NCBI RefSeq assembly: GCF_009914755.1
Contig: NC_060947.1
Length of the DNA: 64,000 nt
Source: the human T2T-CHM13v2.0 reference genome, Homo sapiens
Direction: 5' to 3' (one strand)
Shown: positions 1 to 15,666 of the stretch, one piece after another
Numbering within the stretch: the stretch's first letter is position 1
Layout: every line of letters starts with the position of its first letter
Notes under the pieces: generated by a model
Told to the model about the DNA's origin: nothing
Seen by the model: the letters and a program-made list of their open reading frames with translations, nothing else
Database searches by the model: none
Program-made: the position numbers and the translations under genes

Positions 1-1025
1 CCTGGGTGGCTATGGAGTCATGCAAGGTATGAAATAGCAGCTAAGTTGCTGTCTTTGCTGAGAGGCAAAAGTTACCTGTGAAATTTCAAAATGATAGATC
101 CAACCTCAGGCAAACTGGCTCCCCTGGATCCCCTACCTGCTTTCGGCCTTGCTAGATAAAGTGATGACAAAAACACAGATGGGGTGATGCCTTTGGTTTT
201 TGTTCTTTCTTCCAGGTGGGAGTTTAAAAGACCCAAACATTCCCCAAAATGGGCTTTTTTTGGGGAGAAAAGTTAATAAACATTAGTTTGTAGTTTTCTT
301 CTCCAGGTGGCAGGAGAAATGATCTGAAAACTCCTATAGGCGGGCATTGAGTAAACCAAGAATGCTAAAGATCTTCATTGCCCTTTTCTCCAAGTGGTAT
401 GAAAAAAGGTTAAGTTAGTTCACACGGCTGGAGCAATGCACTGGAGAAATCAGGAGAAAAAAAAAAAAAAAACGATCAAAAAAGAAACCACTCTAGCCTA
501 GCTGCTACCACAGCTGCTGCACCCCTTCTCTCCTTCCCCATAACCTTCATCTTTTAATTGCTAAATTTACTGCTAGCTGTTTGAATAAACATGCAGTGAG
601 ATAAAAGGCAGGTAATGATTTTTAAGAATGGCTTTGTATTTTGTGGCTATGATTCTGGATGCATGAGAAAAACTGATGTAACATGTTATATGATTGCAAT
701 TTCATAAATGCTAACGGGAAAGCTGTACACACAAAAATTTAGTGGGATACAATGTCCTTGCTTTCTACTGCTGGCAGGTGCAATGGAATTTAAATTATTT
801 GAGTATTGAAAAGAAAACAGTTCTCCATAAGTGATGATTTGTACTACGATTTTTTGTATATAGGAGCATCTGCAAAAAGGGAGAAAAGATAAGAGAGATA
901 ATCTTCACATGAAGATACACATTTGGAACTTTAAAAAGTACTTTTTGGTTTGCTAATGTGCTCTTATTAAACAGGAGGTCTGACCCCTGTGGCTGATGAT
1001 TTTCCAGCCTGTTGTGCATATTTTA

Positions 1026-1423
<398 letters not shown>

Positions 1424-1973
1424 CTACAGTGTCTAGGCTCTGCTGTTGCTGAAGAAAACCACTGGCTTTTTGGAATCCTGGGTTCTCAGATCTTAATTTC
1501 CTGAATCTGACTCAAAACTGCAACCTCTTACTGTCGGCTGGAGGGTGTTTCAAACTCAGAGCTTTGCTAAGCTGAAAGCAGAGACTCAATGAACAGAACT
1601 CAGATGCTTGGACTTTTACAGATTTAGGAACCTCACGCCATGTGAGACCATAAACTGTGACAACATCATGGGTGGTGGCTGGACCCTCTGGGTCATGTGC
1701 AGGTGCCCTATCGAAAGGTCTTGTTCTCTGATGTGACCACCTATTAACAAAACTGAGCTGCTCATAGGCTCTGACACAGACTAACTGCGTTTCTAAGTTG
1801 TGATTTTTGAAAAGCTGTAATTTGGGGGAGGACACATTACCAACATGGTGGCCGCTCCATCCACTCCTAACAGATTGGACTTTTAGCTCATCTCAGGATG
1901 CCTTGCTGCTATTGACTCGTGTTCTTCAGCTTTCTGAATTTGTTGCAGTTGGCATCACGGACCAAGAGCCTGA

Positions 1974-2332
<359 letters not shown>

Positions 2333-2981
2333 GACAGTTTGATAATTAACTGCAGTTATCCCCCAAAATTAACTGATCTTTTATCAGCTACTCACTGAAC
2401 AGATGATCAGAACAAACTAGATTGGGTGGGAAAAGGATTAGATACACTCATTTTGAAAGACAAAATTAGAAATTCAAAATTGAATCCTATTTCCTAACAG
2501 GATGTGTCATTTCAGTTAGGTTGTATAAAATGCTTTTCTATAAAAGTGGTTTTGTCTTTCTTGCATACAACCTTTCCAGATGAAATGTGAGATTTTTGCA
2601 AGGTTTTTTAGAAATGTAAGCTATGAATATGGAATGGAACACAGTGATTTTATCACAACAGAGGCAAAATAAAAACCCAGCATCTAGGGAGTTATGGGGA
2701 AGCGGTAAGGGCATTAATGATATTTGTTTTTCAAAACTGCTCCTAAAGGCTTTCCCCTACTCCCAAAGAAAAACTTCTTGCTTCCCTTCCAAACTGCTCC
2801 AAGCGCTTTGAATTCAAAATGACTGCTGAACCAACGATTGTCACATCTGCCAGTGCTCACTGAGACAACAGACAGTGGCTTCAGCTCCTGAACTTTCCAC
2901 ATAGAAAACCTCCAGCTGTAGGCCACACCCATTAGTGCAGTAGACTGGTGTCATGAACAAGGAAAACTATTTGAAACAGAC

Positions 2982-3378
2982 CGCCTCAGTCCATTTTTTA
3001 CTGCTAGAACAAAAACTCCTGAGACTGGGTAATTAATTAATATAAAGAAGAGACATTTATTTTCTCACATTTCTGGAGGCTAGAAAGTCCAAGATCAAGG
3101 CACCAGCACTTTCGTTTGTCTGGTAAGGACTGTTCTCTGCTTCTAAGATGGTGCCTTGTTGATGCCCCCTCCAGAGAGGAGGAATGCTGTGTCCTCCCAG
3201 GGCAGAAGGCAGAAGGACAGCCTAGTTTAATACTGCATGAAGCCTCTTTTATAAGGGCCTTAACCTCGGGGAGAGGAGGAGCCCTCATGACCTAACCACC
3301 TCTGAAAAGCCTGACTTATTAACATTATCACATCAGAAGCACCTGAATTTGGGAAGGGGACACATTCAAACCATAGCA
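2982..3378 (-). mobile_element. MaLR solo LTR (MSTC/MLT1A-type)
   Basis: ttctggaggctagaaagtccaagatcaaggcaccagca motif; ends ggggacacattcaaaccatagca (reverse of the LTR start tgctatggtttgaatgtgtcccc). Confidence 0.85.
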
Positions 3379-3891
3379 CTGCCTTTTAGGCAGTCTTTAT
3401 GAAACTAAGGTCTGAAGTGTTTTGGACTGAATTACAAACCTTAGAGCAGAAGGCCCCATAGTAAAGGGGCCACAGGACCCTGTTAACCTGTGCTGCCTGA
3501 CTAATGTATGTCCTGCTTGGGGTGATCAACCAGTGCAATCTCTTTGTTTCCAGGAGTATCACGTGTGTCCTCTGGGATTGTACTTTTGTGTGCACCCTGA
3601 CTATCATGACACTGCCTCAGCGCTGGATACCTACCAGACTTGTGCTATGCCAGAATGGATGACTCAGGCGAAGTAAAAAAGGTTCATACAGAAACGTACG
3701 GATGAAGCCACTTGGCTTTCTAAGATAAATCTTTATGGTTAATGGGATTTGTTTTAACTAGCTAAATTTAGGACACCTGGAAGAAATAACTGGGGCCAAC
3801 AGAGCAGATTGAATTCATCCTGCTACGTGGAGGGTTATTGATAGTAATTTTGCTGTAAAGATGGACTTGGCCAGGGGCCAAAGGGATAGAC

Positions 3892-4468
3892 TGTGTGAAG
3901 AAATGATAACACAGCAGACCTGAAACTGCTTATTGTTAGAAAGGTCTGCTTACAAGATTGGTTCTTGGCTGATGTCTGGAAATTTGGCTTGTGAACAATC
4001 CCCTACACTGATAGAAGGCCTTCCCTAAGTGAGAAGAGTGGCTCATTGTGCCTAAACTGTTTGTACAAACAAAGTGGTTTATGCTAAACACCCACTCTCA
4101 TTCTGGAAGTCAAGAATTTTTGTACGTGCTAAGCGGAGTGTGCTTGTGTAACCAGCCCCCAGTTAAAACCTTGGGCACTGAGTCTGTAATGAGCTTTCCT
4201 GGTAGACAACACTTCATGCATGTTATTCCAACTCACTCATTGCTGGAGGAATTATGTGGGTCTTGTGCAACTCCACTGGGAAAAGACTCTTGTGAGCTTG
4301 GGTCTGCTTTTCTTTGGACTTCACCCTTTGTGTCTTTTTTCTTTGCTGAATTTGCTTTATATCCTTTCACTGTAATACACCATAACCATAGATATAAAGA
4401 CTTCCGAGTCCTGTGAGTCTATGTAGGGGCTCACTGAGCCTGGGAGTAGTTTTGGGGAGCACTGACAA
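3892..4468 (+). mobile_element. ERVL LTR, MER68-type
   Basis: TG start; ttagaaaggtctgcttacaagattgg, gtgcctaaactgtttgtacaaac and gagtcctgtgagtc match the MER68 consensus as recalled. Confidence 0.8.
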
Positions 4469-4479
4469 AATAAGCAAAT

Positions 4480-5055
4480 ACAATTATTCTTCCCACTTTT
4501 ATAGATGAAAAAAATGAAGGCTCAGCTCTACTTCCATTGTCAAGAGATCAGAGGTTTGGAGTTGGTACATGAACTCACATCTGACTCAATAAAGCCTGTG
4601 TAGTTTTCACTACACCCAAATGCCTTATTGTTCCTAGAGATGTCAAACCCTTCATATCAAGTTACCTTTAACAACATAATGACAATTGGACATTATTGTA
4701 CATCTTTTCTCTTGCCCTATTTCCACTATTTAAATGCTAAACCTTTCTATATTCATCTTTCTCTTTCTGGAGGTAAGAAAACCAATTATGAAGACCTACA
4801 GAAGTAGGCTTATGATTAGACAAACAAACAAAAAAAAAGGAAATGAATGTTCTCTGAGTACCATATGCCAAGACACTAATCACAATAAGTGTCTTTAGAG
4901 TGTAAACTATGTTTTCTGTTTTACAACTTGAGAAACTGAGATTAAGAAAAAATAATTAAACTACCTGAGGTCATTACTGGCGGGTAAGTAGTGGAACCAG
5001 AACTTACGTCTATATCTGTGTGACTTCAATGCCCGTGCTCTTCACCACTATGCTC
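4480..5055 (-). mobile_element. Two MIR fragments (~4480-4615 and ~4845-5055)
   Basis: Core motifs cccacttttatagatgaaaaaaatgaaggctcag and gagaaactgagattaag...tgacttcaatgcccgtgctctt. Confidence 0.7.
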
Positions 5056-5390
5056 AGTTGCTACTTTGGACCCAATAGCTAAATGTAAACTACAATGACA
5101 CGCTACTTTTGGCCTACCAAATTTGCAAATTTATGATCCCAGTAGCTGTCAGTCTTGGCCAGGGAGCAGTGAAAGGGCCATATTCACCAACCACTCGAAG
5201 AAAATGCTATTGCTACAAGTGTTCTGGAAGACAATTTATCGATATGGTAATCCTGTTTAATCAAGTAATTCTACACATGAGAAAATATCAGACATGTGCA
5301 CATGGATTTGTAGACAGGATTATTGATCAAAATATTTGTCTCAATGAAAATCAGAATATGTTTAAAGGGCAATCAATAATGGGTTGGTTA

Positions 5391-5765
<375 letters not shown>

Positions 5766-6542
5766 TCAGGTATTTATTTTTAATTTTTATATTATTAATA
5801 TATATGCTTTAAAAATCAAAATGATGTGGAAAGGCACACATTGGAAAGTCTTATACTCATGCTCTTCCATTTTATATGTATATATGTAATCTATCTTAAT
5901 GTAACCACTCCCATGCAAATAACCCCTTTTAAGTTTCTTTTGAATCTTTTTTCATGTTTGTTTATACAAATTAATCCAAATATATATGTACATTATATTT
6001 CATATTTCCTTCTTTCTTACACAAAAGGGAGAAAAGTATCTATATTGTTTTGTCCTTGCTTCATTTTGCTTTGTTTTTACTTGACAAAAATATCCAGGAG
6101 ATTTTTCTGGTAAATAGAGAGCTTCCTCAGTTTCTCAAAGCTTCATAGTATTCATTGATGTTTACTTGTGTTGTTTTCAGTCTTTTACTATTGTAAAAAT
6201 GTTTCAAGGAATAATCTTGAATATACTTCATTTTGTATGTGTGCAAGTGAAGTAGCCAGATAAATTCCCAGAAGTGAGATAATTGCTCAAAAGCTAAATA
6301 TATTTGTAACTTTAATAGACATTACCAAATTTTCCCCCATAGGGATTCTACCATTTTGTCATCCAACTAATAATTTATGAGAATGCCTGTTGTAATTTAT
6401 TTTTATTTTTATTTTTTTGCCAAACTGCGAGGTAAAACTACCTTAGGTAGTTTTATTTTGCATTTCTCTTACTGAGTGTGGTTTGGCATATTTTCATATG
6501 TTTAAGAGTCATTTGTGGAGTTCTTGTTGTGTGTGTGTCCTT

Positions 6543-6579
6543 CGTATTAGTCAAGGTGCCCCAGAGAAACAGAACCAAT

Positions 6580-6627
<48 letters not shown>

Positions 6628-6990
6628 GGAATTTATTTTAATGAATTGTTTTACTTGATTTGTGGGGTCTGGCAACTCTGAAATCTTCAGAGCAGGCCAA
6701 TGGAGTGGAGACTCAGAGAAGAGCTGATGTTGCACCTCAAGTCAGAAGTTATTCTGGAGTCAGAGTTTCTCTTCCTCAGGGGTCCTCAGACTTTTTTTCT
6801 ATTAAGGCCTTCAACTGACTGGATGAGGGCCACCCATCTTATGGAGGGTAATCTGCTTACTCAAAGTCTACTGATTTAAATGTTAATATCTTCTAAAAAG
6901 TACCTTCAGAGAGACATCTAGACTAGATGTTTGACCAAATAGCTGGGTACCATGGCCTATCCAAGTTGACATATAAAAGTAATCGCCATA
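6543..6990 (-). mobile_element. MLT2 (ERVL) solo LTR containing a (GT)n microsatellite at ~6583-6621
   Basis: tattagtcaaggtgccccagagaaacagaaccaatagg start; ...ccaagttgacatataaaagtaatcgcca end. Confidence 0.85.
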
Positions 6991-7571
6991 TGTTTTGTCT
7001 ATTTTTTTTGAAAACTGGGTTGCTGGTAATGTTTCATTAATTTAAAGGTGCTTTAGATATATCCATAAGAGTAGAATTCTAACTCTAGAAATTCTTTCAG
7101 TCTTATCTGAATTACACATTTTCACCAGTTCTTCCTGTTTTTGTGTATTGTGTCTTAGGCCATGCAGATATTTTTGTGGTTTTCTTTTGTTTTTCATTGT
7201 ATGTGCATGCATTTTGAGTCATAGAATGAAAAGACCTTCGCTAAACCAAGGTTACAAAATAATTTCACTATGTTTTCTTGTAATATTTTATAATTCAAGA
7301 AAATAATTTTAAAATATATTTAAATATTTTAAAAATGTTTTATAACTTTATATATATTGTATCATATATATCTCTTAGAAGACATGATACATCCACATAT
7401 ATGTCTACATATATAATATATGATATATGTATGTATCATATACTATCTTAAATAATATAATGCATGCACATACATTTTATAATGTATGTACCTGCATGCA
7501 TATGTGTATGTGTGTTGGTATAATTTTGACCCATTGTTAGTTTATCCTGGCGTAACGTATGAGGTGTGTGC

Positions 7572-8100
7572 CTGATGGTTGCTTTCACATGTCAACCTGA
7601 CTGGGCCCCAGAACACCCAGATATTTGATTAACTGTTATTCTGGGTGTGTCTGTGAGCATGTTTGGGGATGATTTTAACGTTTAAATCGGTAAACTGAGG
7701 AAAGTAGATTGCTCTCCCTTTTTTTTTCCTCAGCTTTTGGAGGAACTTAAGATTGCTCTCCCTAATGTAGGTAGCCCACATCCAGTCCACCAAAGGTCTG
7801 AATGGAACAAAATGGCTAGGAGGGACTCTACCTGCCTGACAACCTTGAGCCAGGACTTTGGTCTTTTTTCCTGCCCTCAGACTCAAACTGAACATTGAAT
7901 CTTCTTGCATTTCTAGTCTGCCAATTTTTGGACTGGAACTATATCATAGGTGTTACTGGGTTTCCAGCTTGTCAATTGCAAATCTTGGGTCTTAGCTTCC
8001 ATAATTGCATGTCTCCCTCTCTCTCTTTCTCTTTCTCTTTCTCTCTCTCTCTATATATATGCTAATTGTTCTGTTTTTCTGGATAATCTTGACTAATGCA
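7572..8100 (+). mobile_element. MLT2 (MLT2D-like) solo LTR
   Basis: tgatggttgctttcacatgtcaacctgactggg start; ctggataatcttgactaatgca end. Confidence 0.85.
7720..7749 (-). other. 30-nt insertion with short poly(A) and 14-bp target-site duplication
   Basis: agattgctctccct at 7706-7719 and 7750-7763 flanks T8+cctcagcttttggaggaactta. Confidence 0.75.
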
Positions 8101-9056
8101 GCATGGATTCAACTTTCATTTTCCAGTGACTACACAATCATTCCTCATCATGTACTGAAAAGTTCAATCTTTATTACCACTAATTTAAGAAGCTGCCTGT
8201 ATCATATGCTGAATTTCCATACATATATAAATGTAAATCTAGAATTTCTACTTCTTTTCCATTGAGGTATATATCTATTCATGAACCTGCGTCATGCTGT
8301 TCAAGTTATTAAGGCTTTAAAATAAGATTTTATATTTGAAAAGGATTGTTCTCCAAACTGCCTTTCTTTTTCAGAGATTTTCTCTCTATTCTTGGTTTCA
8401 TTTTTCATTTGAACTTTAGAATCACCTCTCTAACTCCAAGGTGGAAGAAAATAACTTGCTATTTTTATTACGATTGTAATAGTGACTTATGAAAATTAAA
8501 ATGTTGAATTTTTTACCTTCTATGACATTTCTTTCAATTTTGTTCATGTCTGCTTTTATATCCTTTGGGGGTGTTTTACAGTGAATTTTCTTCAAAAACT
8601 TTTAGTCTCTCTCATTTTCTTAGGTAAAGTATCTTCTTTGTAATTGTAAACTAGTCTATTCTTCTGTTTATATATTCTAAGTGAAGGCTTTTGATTTATT
8701 TACTTTAATTTTATTTATTTATATTACTGTTTATAGTAGTTATTCAATAGGTTATCTTTGGTTTTTCAAGTATAAACATTGTATGTAAACATACAATTTT
8801 ATAATGGTGATAATTTCACCTTTTCGTTTCTGTGTTTTATAGTTCTGATTATCTTTACCAGTTGGATTTAGCTGCATTGGGTAATGACTTCTGTATAATG
8901 TTCAATAGTGATTGTACTAGTGGACATCCTGGCCGTATTTTTTAGTGAGAATTCCTTCAGCGTGTTCTCATTAAAAATGAAGCTTGCCTTTTCAACTCTG
9001 ATTATATAAAATAACAGTAAGGAAGTAACCATCAATTCCTATTTTATAGAGCTTTA

Positions 9057-9543
<487 letters not shown>

Positions 9544-10483
9544 TTAAATGTGCTGCTGGATTCTGTTTGCTAACAGTTTATTTAGGATTTTACATGAATA
9601 TTTGGTCTGTAGTTTTAGTGTTCAATCTTGGTCCTGTTCTGGAATCAATTTCATAGTAAATTCATTAAAAAGTAGAAATGTAACTTAGTTTGTTACATTC
9701 TGGATGAGTTACAGATATCTGGTTGAATTTTCCTGTGAAACCCTCTAAGTCTGGTACTTTTATTAGAGAGGATTTCTTTAAGAACCTTCTCTGTCTTTTA
9801 TTTTTTGTTGTTGTTTGTTTGCTTTAAATGAAACTATTCTGAGATTACTTTGGGTACATTTTATTTTGGGGGGAGAATTTATCCATTTCATCCAAGTTTT
9901 CAATTGTATTTGCATGTACTTGTGGAAAGAAATCTATTCATGATTTTCTTTAATTTCCTCTTTTTCTATTATTGTTACCCCCTTATTATTCCTTATTTCT
10001 GCATTTTTGTTTTTTCCTTTTTTCTTATTGAGGCAAGCTTGTCTAGTGGTAATTGGTCATTGATTTTTTTCCAAGAACCAGGTTTTGTTTTTTCATGGAT
10101 TAATTCTATTGTTTTTCCTGTTTTAGCATTTATTAATTACCTCTTCTGATATTTTTCTTTCTTTTTTTTGACTTTATTTTGTTGATTTTATTTTAATTTT
10201 TAGAACTATCTTTTCATTCTTTCTCCTTTATTGTTATATAGTATTTAAAGCACTGAATTTTTCTCCAATCATTATTTGAGCTGTATTGCATAGATTCTTA
10301 AATATAGTGTTTCTGTTTCACTCTTTTTTCAAAATGCGATACTTTTTGTTTGTACTTCTGTTGAAAAATTAATTTTATGAGAGGAGGTGTGTGTGTTTTA
10401 ATTTATAGATGAAAAGGTCTTTTATTTTCTGACTTTGTTTTTAATTTCTAACTTTATGGTGTCATAAGAGAATATCTGTATCA

Positions 10484-10998
<515 letters not shown>

Positions 10999-12929
10999 GA
11001 GTCATTCTATATTGTAGAACCACTGAGTTAAGTACATGTCTATCACATCTGCTTCATTAATTACGTCATTTGAGTCTCTTATATCCTTACTTGTCTACTC
11101 ACCCTGTCTTGGAATTTGACAAATTAATGTCTTTTATTATTAGTGTATTTCTTGTCATCCCCTCTTTCTTTTAAAATGTATTTTTACTGATAAGTTTTCA
11201 GATCTGCCACCATGAAAACCCCCTTATGCTTCTTTCTTCCCTGCAACTCCTGTTTTGGCTTCTTATGGGCTCCCAATATAACCCTGCTGGTTTCGGCTGC
11301 TTTTTGCAGAATTTACACGTACTTTAGACTTCACAATTTTTTTCTTCTCTTTCCCAGTTTCATGAAAATATGGTTTAGAAGTTTTTCTTTCGTTCTCCTT
11401 GTTGCTTTGTCTTGTTTCAAGGAGAAGAATTGCGGGGACATTAGCATATTTTAAGAATAAGAATCCTATATCTGATCATTATCATTTAACAGATTGGAAA
11501 ACTAAGGCTCAGAGAAATTAACAATTTGCCCAACACTATGTAGCCATATTGCACCTGTGGATTAGGACTTTGGCTAATATGTAGTCTATATATTTCTTTT
11601 TACCTTATAGCTTCCCATACAGACCACTCTTACGACCACCCAAGTTTTGAGTTAGACCTAAAATACGCCTTATTGATTTTTTTTTTTCTTTTGGTCCAGT
11701 GGGTGACATTGGAACACTTCCTTCATTTTGATTCAAGATTTGAGCCTGTTTTAATCTACATGCCTTTTGGCAGTCACTAGGAAGTCTACTTCAGGCACTT
11801 CGTACTTCATATTTTCTCTTGAGTTTTCAGTATTACCTGACTTGGGCTAAATAAATCTTGCAGTTACTTTGTGAATTTGGGATGTTTTTCCATGTTTCTT
11901 TCTGATGAATTGCACAACTCAGCATCCCCAAAGTGCCTGATTATAAAGCTAGTTTTCTGTTTAGATGGTGCTGAGATAGAAGCCAGGAAACAAAGAATGA
12001 TAGGAACTTGTTTGTCAATACAGCTGGAGATTCTGGAAAAGAATCTAAAGCTAAAGCTGAGGTCCTCTTTGAAAACTTTGTCCCACACTCAGAAAATGAA
12101 CTGGGCCGTATTTTGAAACATTGAAATATGGTTATATCAGTAATGAAGTTAGTATCTTCTCATCAGAAGTACCATGAGAATTCTTCCTTAATTTCAATTA
12201 TTGGGTGTTAGTTTCACAATATAATTTTAAAGTGACAAATTTTTAAGAGCAATAATCTCATTTTGGGGAGATACAAATGCTTATCTAATTTAATTCTGCT
12301 GCCTTGTGAACTTTCTTAATGAAATTGCATATGTCTAATCAGAGAGAAAATGTGAGAGTGAAAGTATCAGTATATAAAGTTAATTAATATCACATAATTT
12401 CACCTAGAAATGGTGACAGTAAACTCTGAATATCAAAGAAACTAAAGACCATTTATGTTATTCATGAAAAAGATAATCTTTTTTCCTAACTTGGTAAGTA
12501 AGAGTAACAAATGACTACTTAAGGCAGGCTATGTATTGGGAGGAAAATGGTTTTCTTGGCCTTTCAATGTTTATTGTGGAAAATTTCTTTGATCTAGATT
12601 CCATTCCAGAGCTAATAACACAGATTGCAGGGTTTCTGTGTCATGCATTGGCACAGAATGACTAAGTCTTCTTAGTCTCAATAACTTTTTAGGCTTACCA
12701 TTGGAAGCCAGCTCCCTAGTTTCATATATCTTAATTCTAGAAAATTCTACGGTAAGTTGAATTTTCAACTTTCAGTCTTAAACCTATGAATCACTTGCGT
12801 AAAAAATAAGGAATTACATGTGCAGGAGAACAGAAATTGAATCTTTTCTGGCAACTGTTGATTATCTTCATTGTCAAGCTGAGAACTTTAGAAAATATAT
12901 TCCTTCAACACATTTTAGGAGGAATATAT

Positions 12930-13085
12930 ACTTCCAAATCCCAGCTCTGCCACTTACTGGCTATGATCTTGAACAACTTATTTCACCTCTCTGTACTTCA
13001 TTTTCCTCCTCTATATACTTGTGACTGGTGATAACTGTATCTTTCTAGAGTTATTTTGAGGATTAAATAACCTAGTATTTAGAAA
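12930..13085 (+). mobile_element. MIR fragment
   Basis: caaatcccagctctgccacttactggctatgatcttgaacaacttatttcacctctctgtacttcattttcctc. Confidence 0.8.
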
Positions 13086-13524
13086 GCATTGGCAATTAAG
13101 AGCCTAATGACTAATTTCTCTTCTTTTCATTCTCTTTTAATTTCTTCTCTCCTTCATTATCTTGTGCCCAATACTGACTCTGTTGCTGCACATAATATTC
13201 ATTCATTATCACACACCAACACCACCATGTGACCATCTCCTCTGCTCTTGGCCTCTCATGTCTGTCCCTTCTCAATAGATTGTATTTCTTATGTATCATT
13301 GCCATATATCACTGCAGGGGGCTGAAAATTAGATGGAAAAACAAATTCAAAACAAGTAGTTAATGAAGATTAACAACTTGGTATATGACATCATGCAGCT
13401 ATGATTTACATTTCAGCAGATGCCTTCAAGAAATTCACCAAGGAAAAGACTAATGATGAGTCTTTTCAAGCATTATGGCTAGCTGCTAAGGAAAATCTTT
13501 CGGGCCAAAGCATTTTTTAAACCC

Positions 13525-14368
13525 ATTTTAATGAGGTATAATTTACAAACAATAAAAATCACCAATTTTAAGTACATAATACAATGAGTAATAACAAGTA
13601 TATAGTCATAGAGCCATCACTGCAATCAAGATGTAGAACATTCCACCACCACAAAATGTTTCTTCTGTCTTCTTTTCAATCAACCCCTTCCTTCCATACC
13701 TAGACCCTAGTAACCAATGATCTGCTTTCTGTCACTATAGTTTTGCCTTTTCTAGAATTTCTTCTAATGGGTATCATACATTATGCAGTGTTTTGTGTCC
13801 AATTTACTTGACTTAGCATAATGTGTTTAAGATTTCATCTGTGTTGCTGAATATATCAGCAGTTCATTTCTTTTTACTGTGAAATAGTATCTAGTATTGC
13901 ATTGAATACATATCTCACAATTTGTTTATTTAATCACTACTTGATGGGTATTTGGGTTTCTTCCAGTTTGGGGCTATTATGATTAATGTGTGTATGAACA
14001 TTCATGCATAAGCCTTTTGTATAAAAATTTGTCATTTTTCTTGGACAAATTCTTAGGTGTGGAATTGCTGTTTTGTATGGCAAGTTTATATTTAACTTTA
14101 TAAGAAACTGCCAAATTATTTTCTAAAGTGGCTGTATAATTTTGTATTCCCACCAGCAATGTATGACACTTCTAATTGCTCTGTATCTTCATCAGTACTT
14201 ACTTTGGTCACCTTCTTAATTTTAGATATTCTGATAGGTGTATAGTTCTATCTCATTGTGATTTTTATTTGCATTGCCCATTTGACTAATGATATCAAAC
14301 ATATTTCCCATGAGTTTATTTTCCATCTGAATATCTCTTTTGGTAAAGTGTCTGTTCAAATCTTTGAA
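13525..14368 (-). mobile_element. L1MB-type 3' end
   Basis: ttaatgaggtataatttaca...ttccagtttggggctattatg...cccaccagcaatgtatga...ggtaaagtgtctgttcaaatcttt. Confidence 0.85.
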
Positions 14369-14924
14369 GTAAAGGCATTTTTTAGTATTTGCTAACTCTG
14401 CATACAGGCTATGTTTAACCAGTCCTTGATACCACATGTATTATCCCAGTTCTTTGAACTCTTCCTCAATATTTAGTATAATGTGAGTTTTCTGGGGAAA
14501 TGGTGAACAATTTAAATCATAAATTTGGGCAAAACCAAATAAATTGGAATTATATACCAAATCTTAGAGAAATAAATAATACAAAAAATAAATAAATAAT
14601 TGTATAGAGAAAAAAACAAAAATAAACTCTAGATTCCCATCTTAATATTAAATTTACATTGCTATTAAGTTCTTATAATGGTATCCTTTCCAAACAAATG
14701 TTCTAGGAAAGAATGGCTGTACAGATAGGTGCATTAGACAGCAATCCTCTTGACGTATATTTGAGGGACTGTGAAAAGTCCTCAACATCAGCTATCTTAC
14801 CTATTGTTCTCAAATTCCACAAATGAGAGATTAATTTGTTGTCGTCGTTGTTGTTATACAAAGTACTCTAATCAATAGCAATATTTTCTGGGAGGAAAAG
14901 ATGGGCTCTACTATTTGATAAGCT

Positions 14925-15030
14925 TCCATTCAAAATTCATCAGATATTTATTGAACATTTAATATGTACAGAGCACTGCACTATGTGCTGGAGATTCAAC
15001 GATGAAAAAGAGACCAGGTCCATGTTCTCC
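14925..15030 (-). mobile_element. L2 3' end fragment
   Basis: cattca...atatttattgaacatttaatatgtacagagcactgcactatgtgctggagattca. Confidence 0.7.
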
Positions 15031-15111
15031 TATACGATTCCAATCCATCATTTGTTACTAGCTAATTTCTAAGTAAGGGAAGTGATGAGGAGTGAAATAG
15101 ATGAATGGTGA

Positions 15112-15666
15112 TGTAAAGAAAATGAAATTTCAGGACCCTTTAAATTTATTATGCCAAGGGAGGCATTAACCCTGGAGGCTGAGTCACATGTTTGCAACTT
15201 TTGTTTTATAGATTATAGATTAATTCGCTTCTTCATTGTTCTTGTTCTGTAAATGACTAGGAAAGACCAGAGACCAAACTTTCTCCCCTTCCAATCCCTG
15301 ATTTTTGTTATAGATTAACTCCCTCCTTAATTGTCCTATACCTAACTCAAACTAGATGATGCAAAAGGCCCTAAAATGATTATATCTTCACTGTGGAATG
15401 CTAACTATACCTTTCTAGAAAGAAAAGGACCACCTCAACTAGTCAGATATTCTAGCTATGCACTAAGCCTTAGATAGAAAGATATTGAAATTCTGTTAAG
15501 CTTCTCTCAACTTTGTCTATATAAATGTTCGCAAACTTCTACATTCCAGGACACTGACGTCCATTCTTTGGAATCTGTGCTTTCTAAGTGGTTATCTCCA
15601 AACTTTGCACTTGAATAAACTCTCTTTAAAGTGAATTCTGATGCTTTTGATTAGTTTAGGCTGACA
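15112..15666 (+). mobile_element. ERV1 solo LTR (MER34/MER39-group)
   Basis: TG...CA termini, exact 4-bp TSD gtga (15108-15111, 15667-15670), TATA-like tatataaa near 15518, AATAAA near 15614. Confidence 0.85.
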
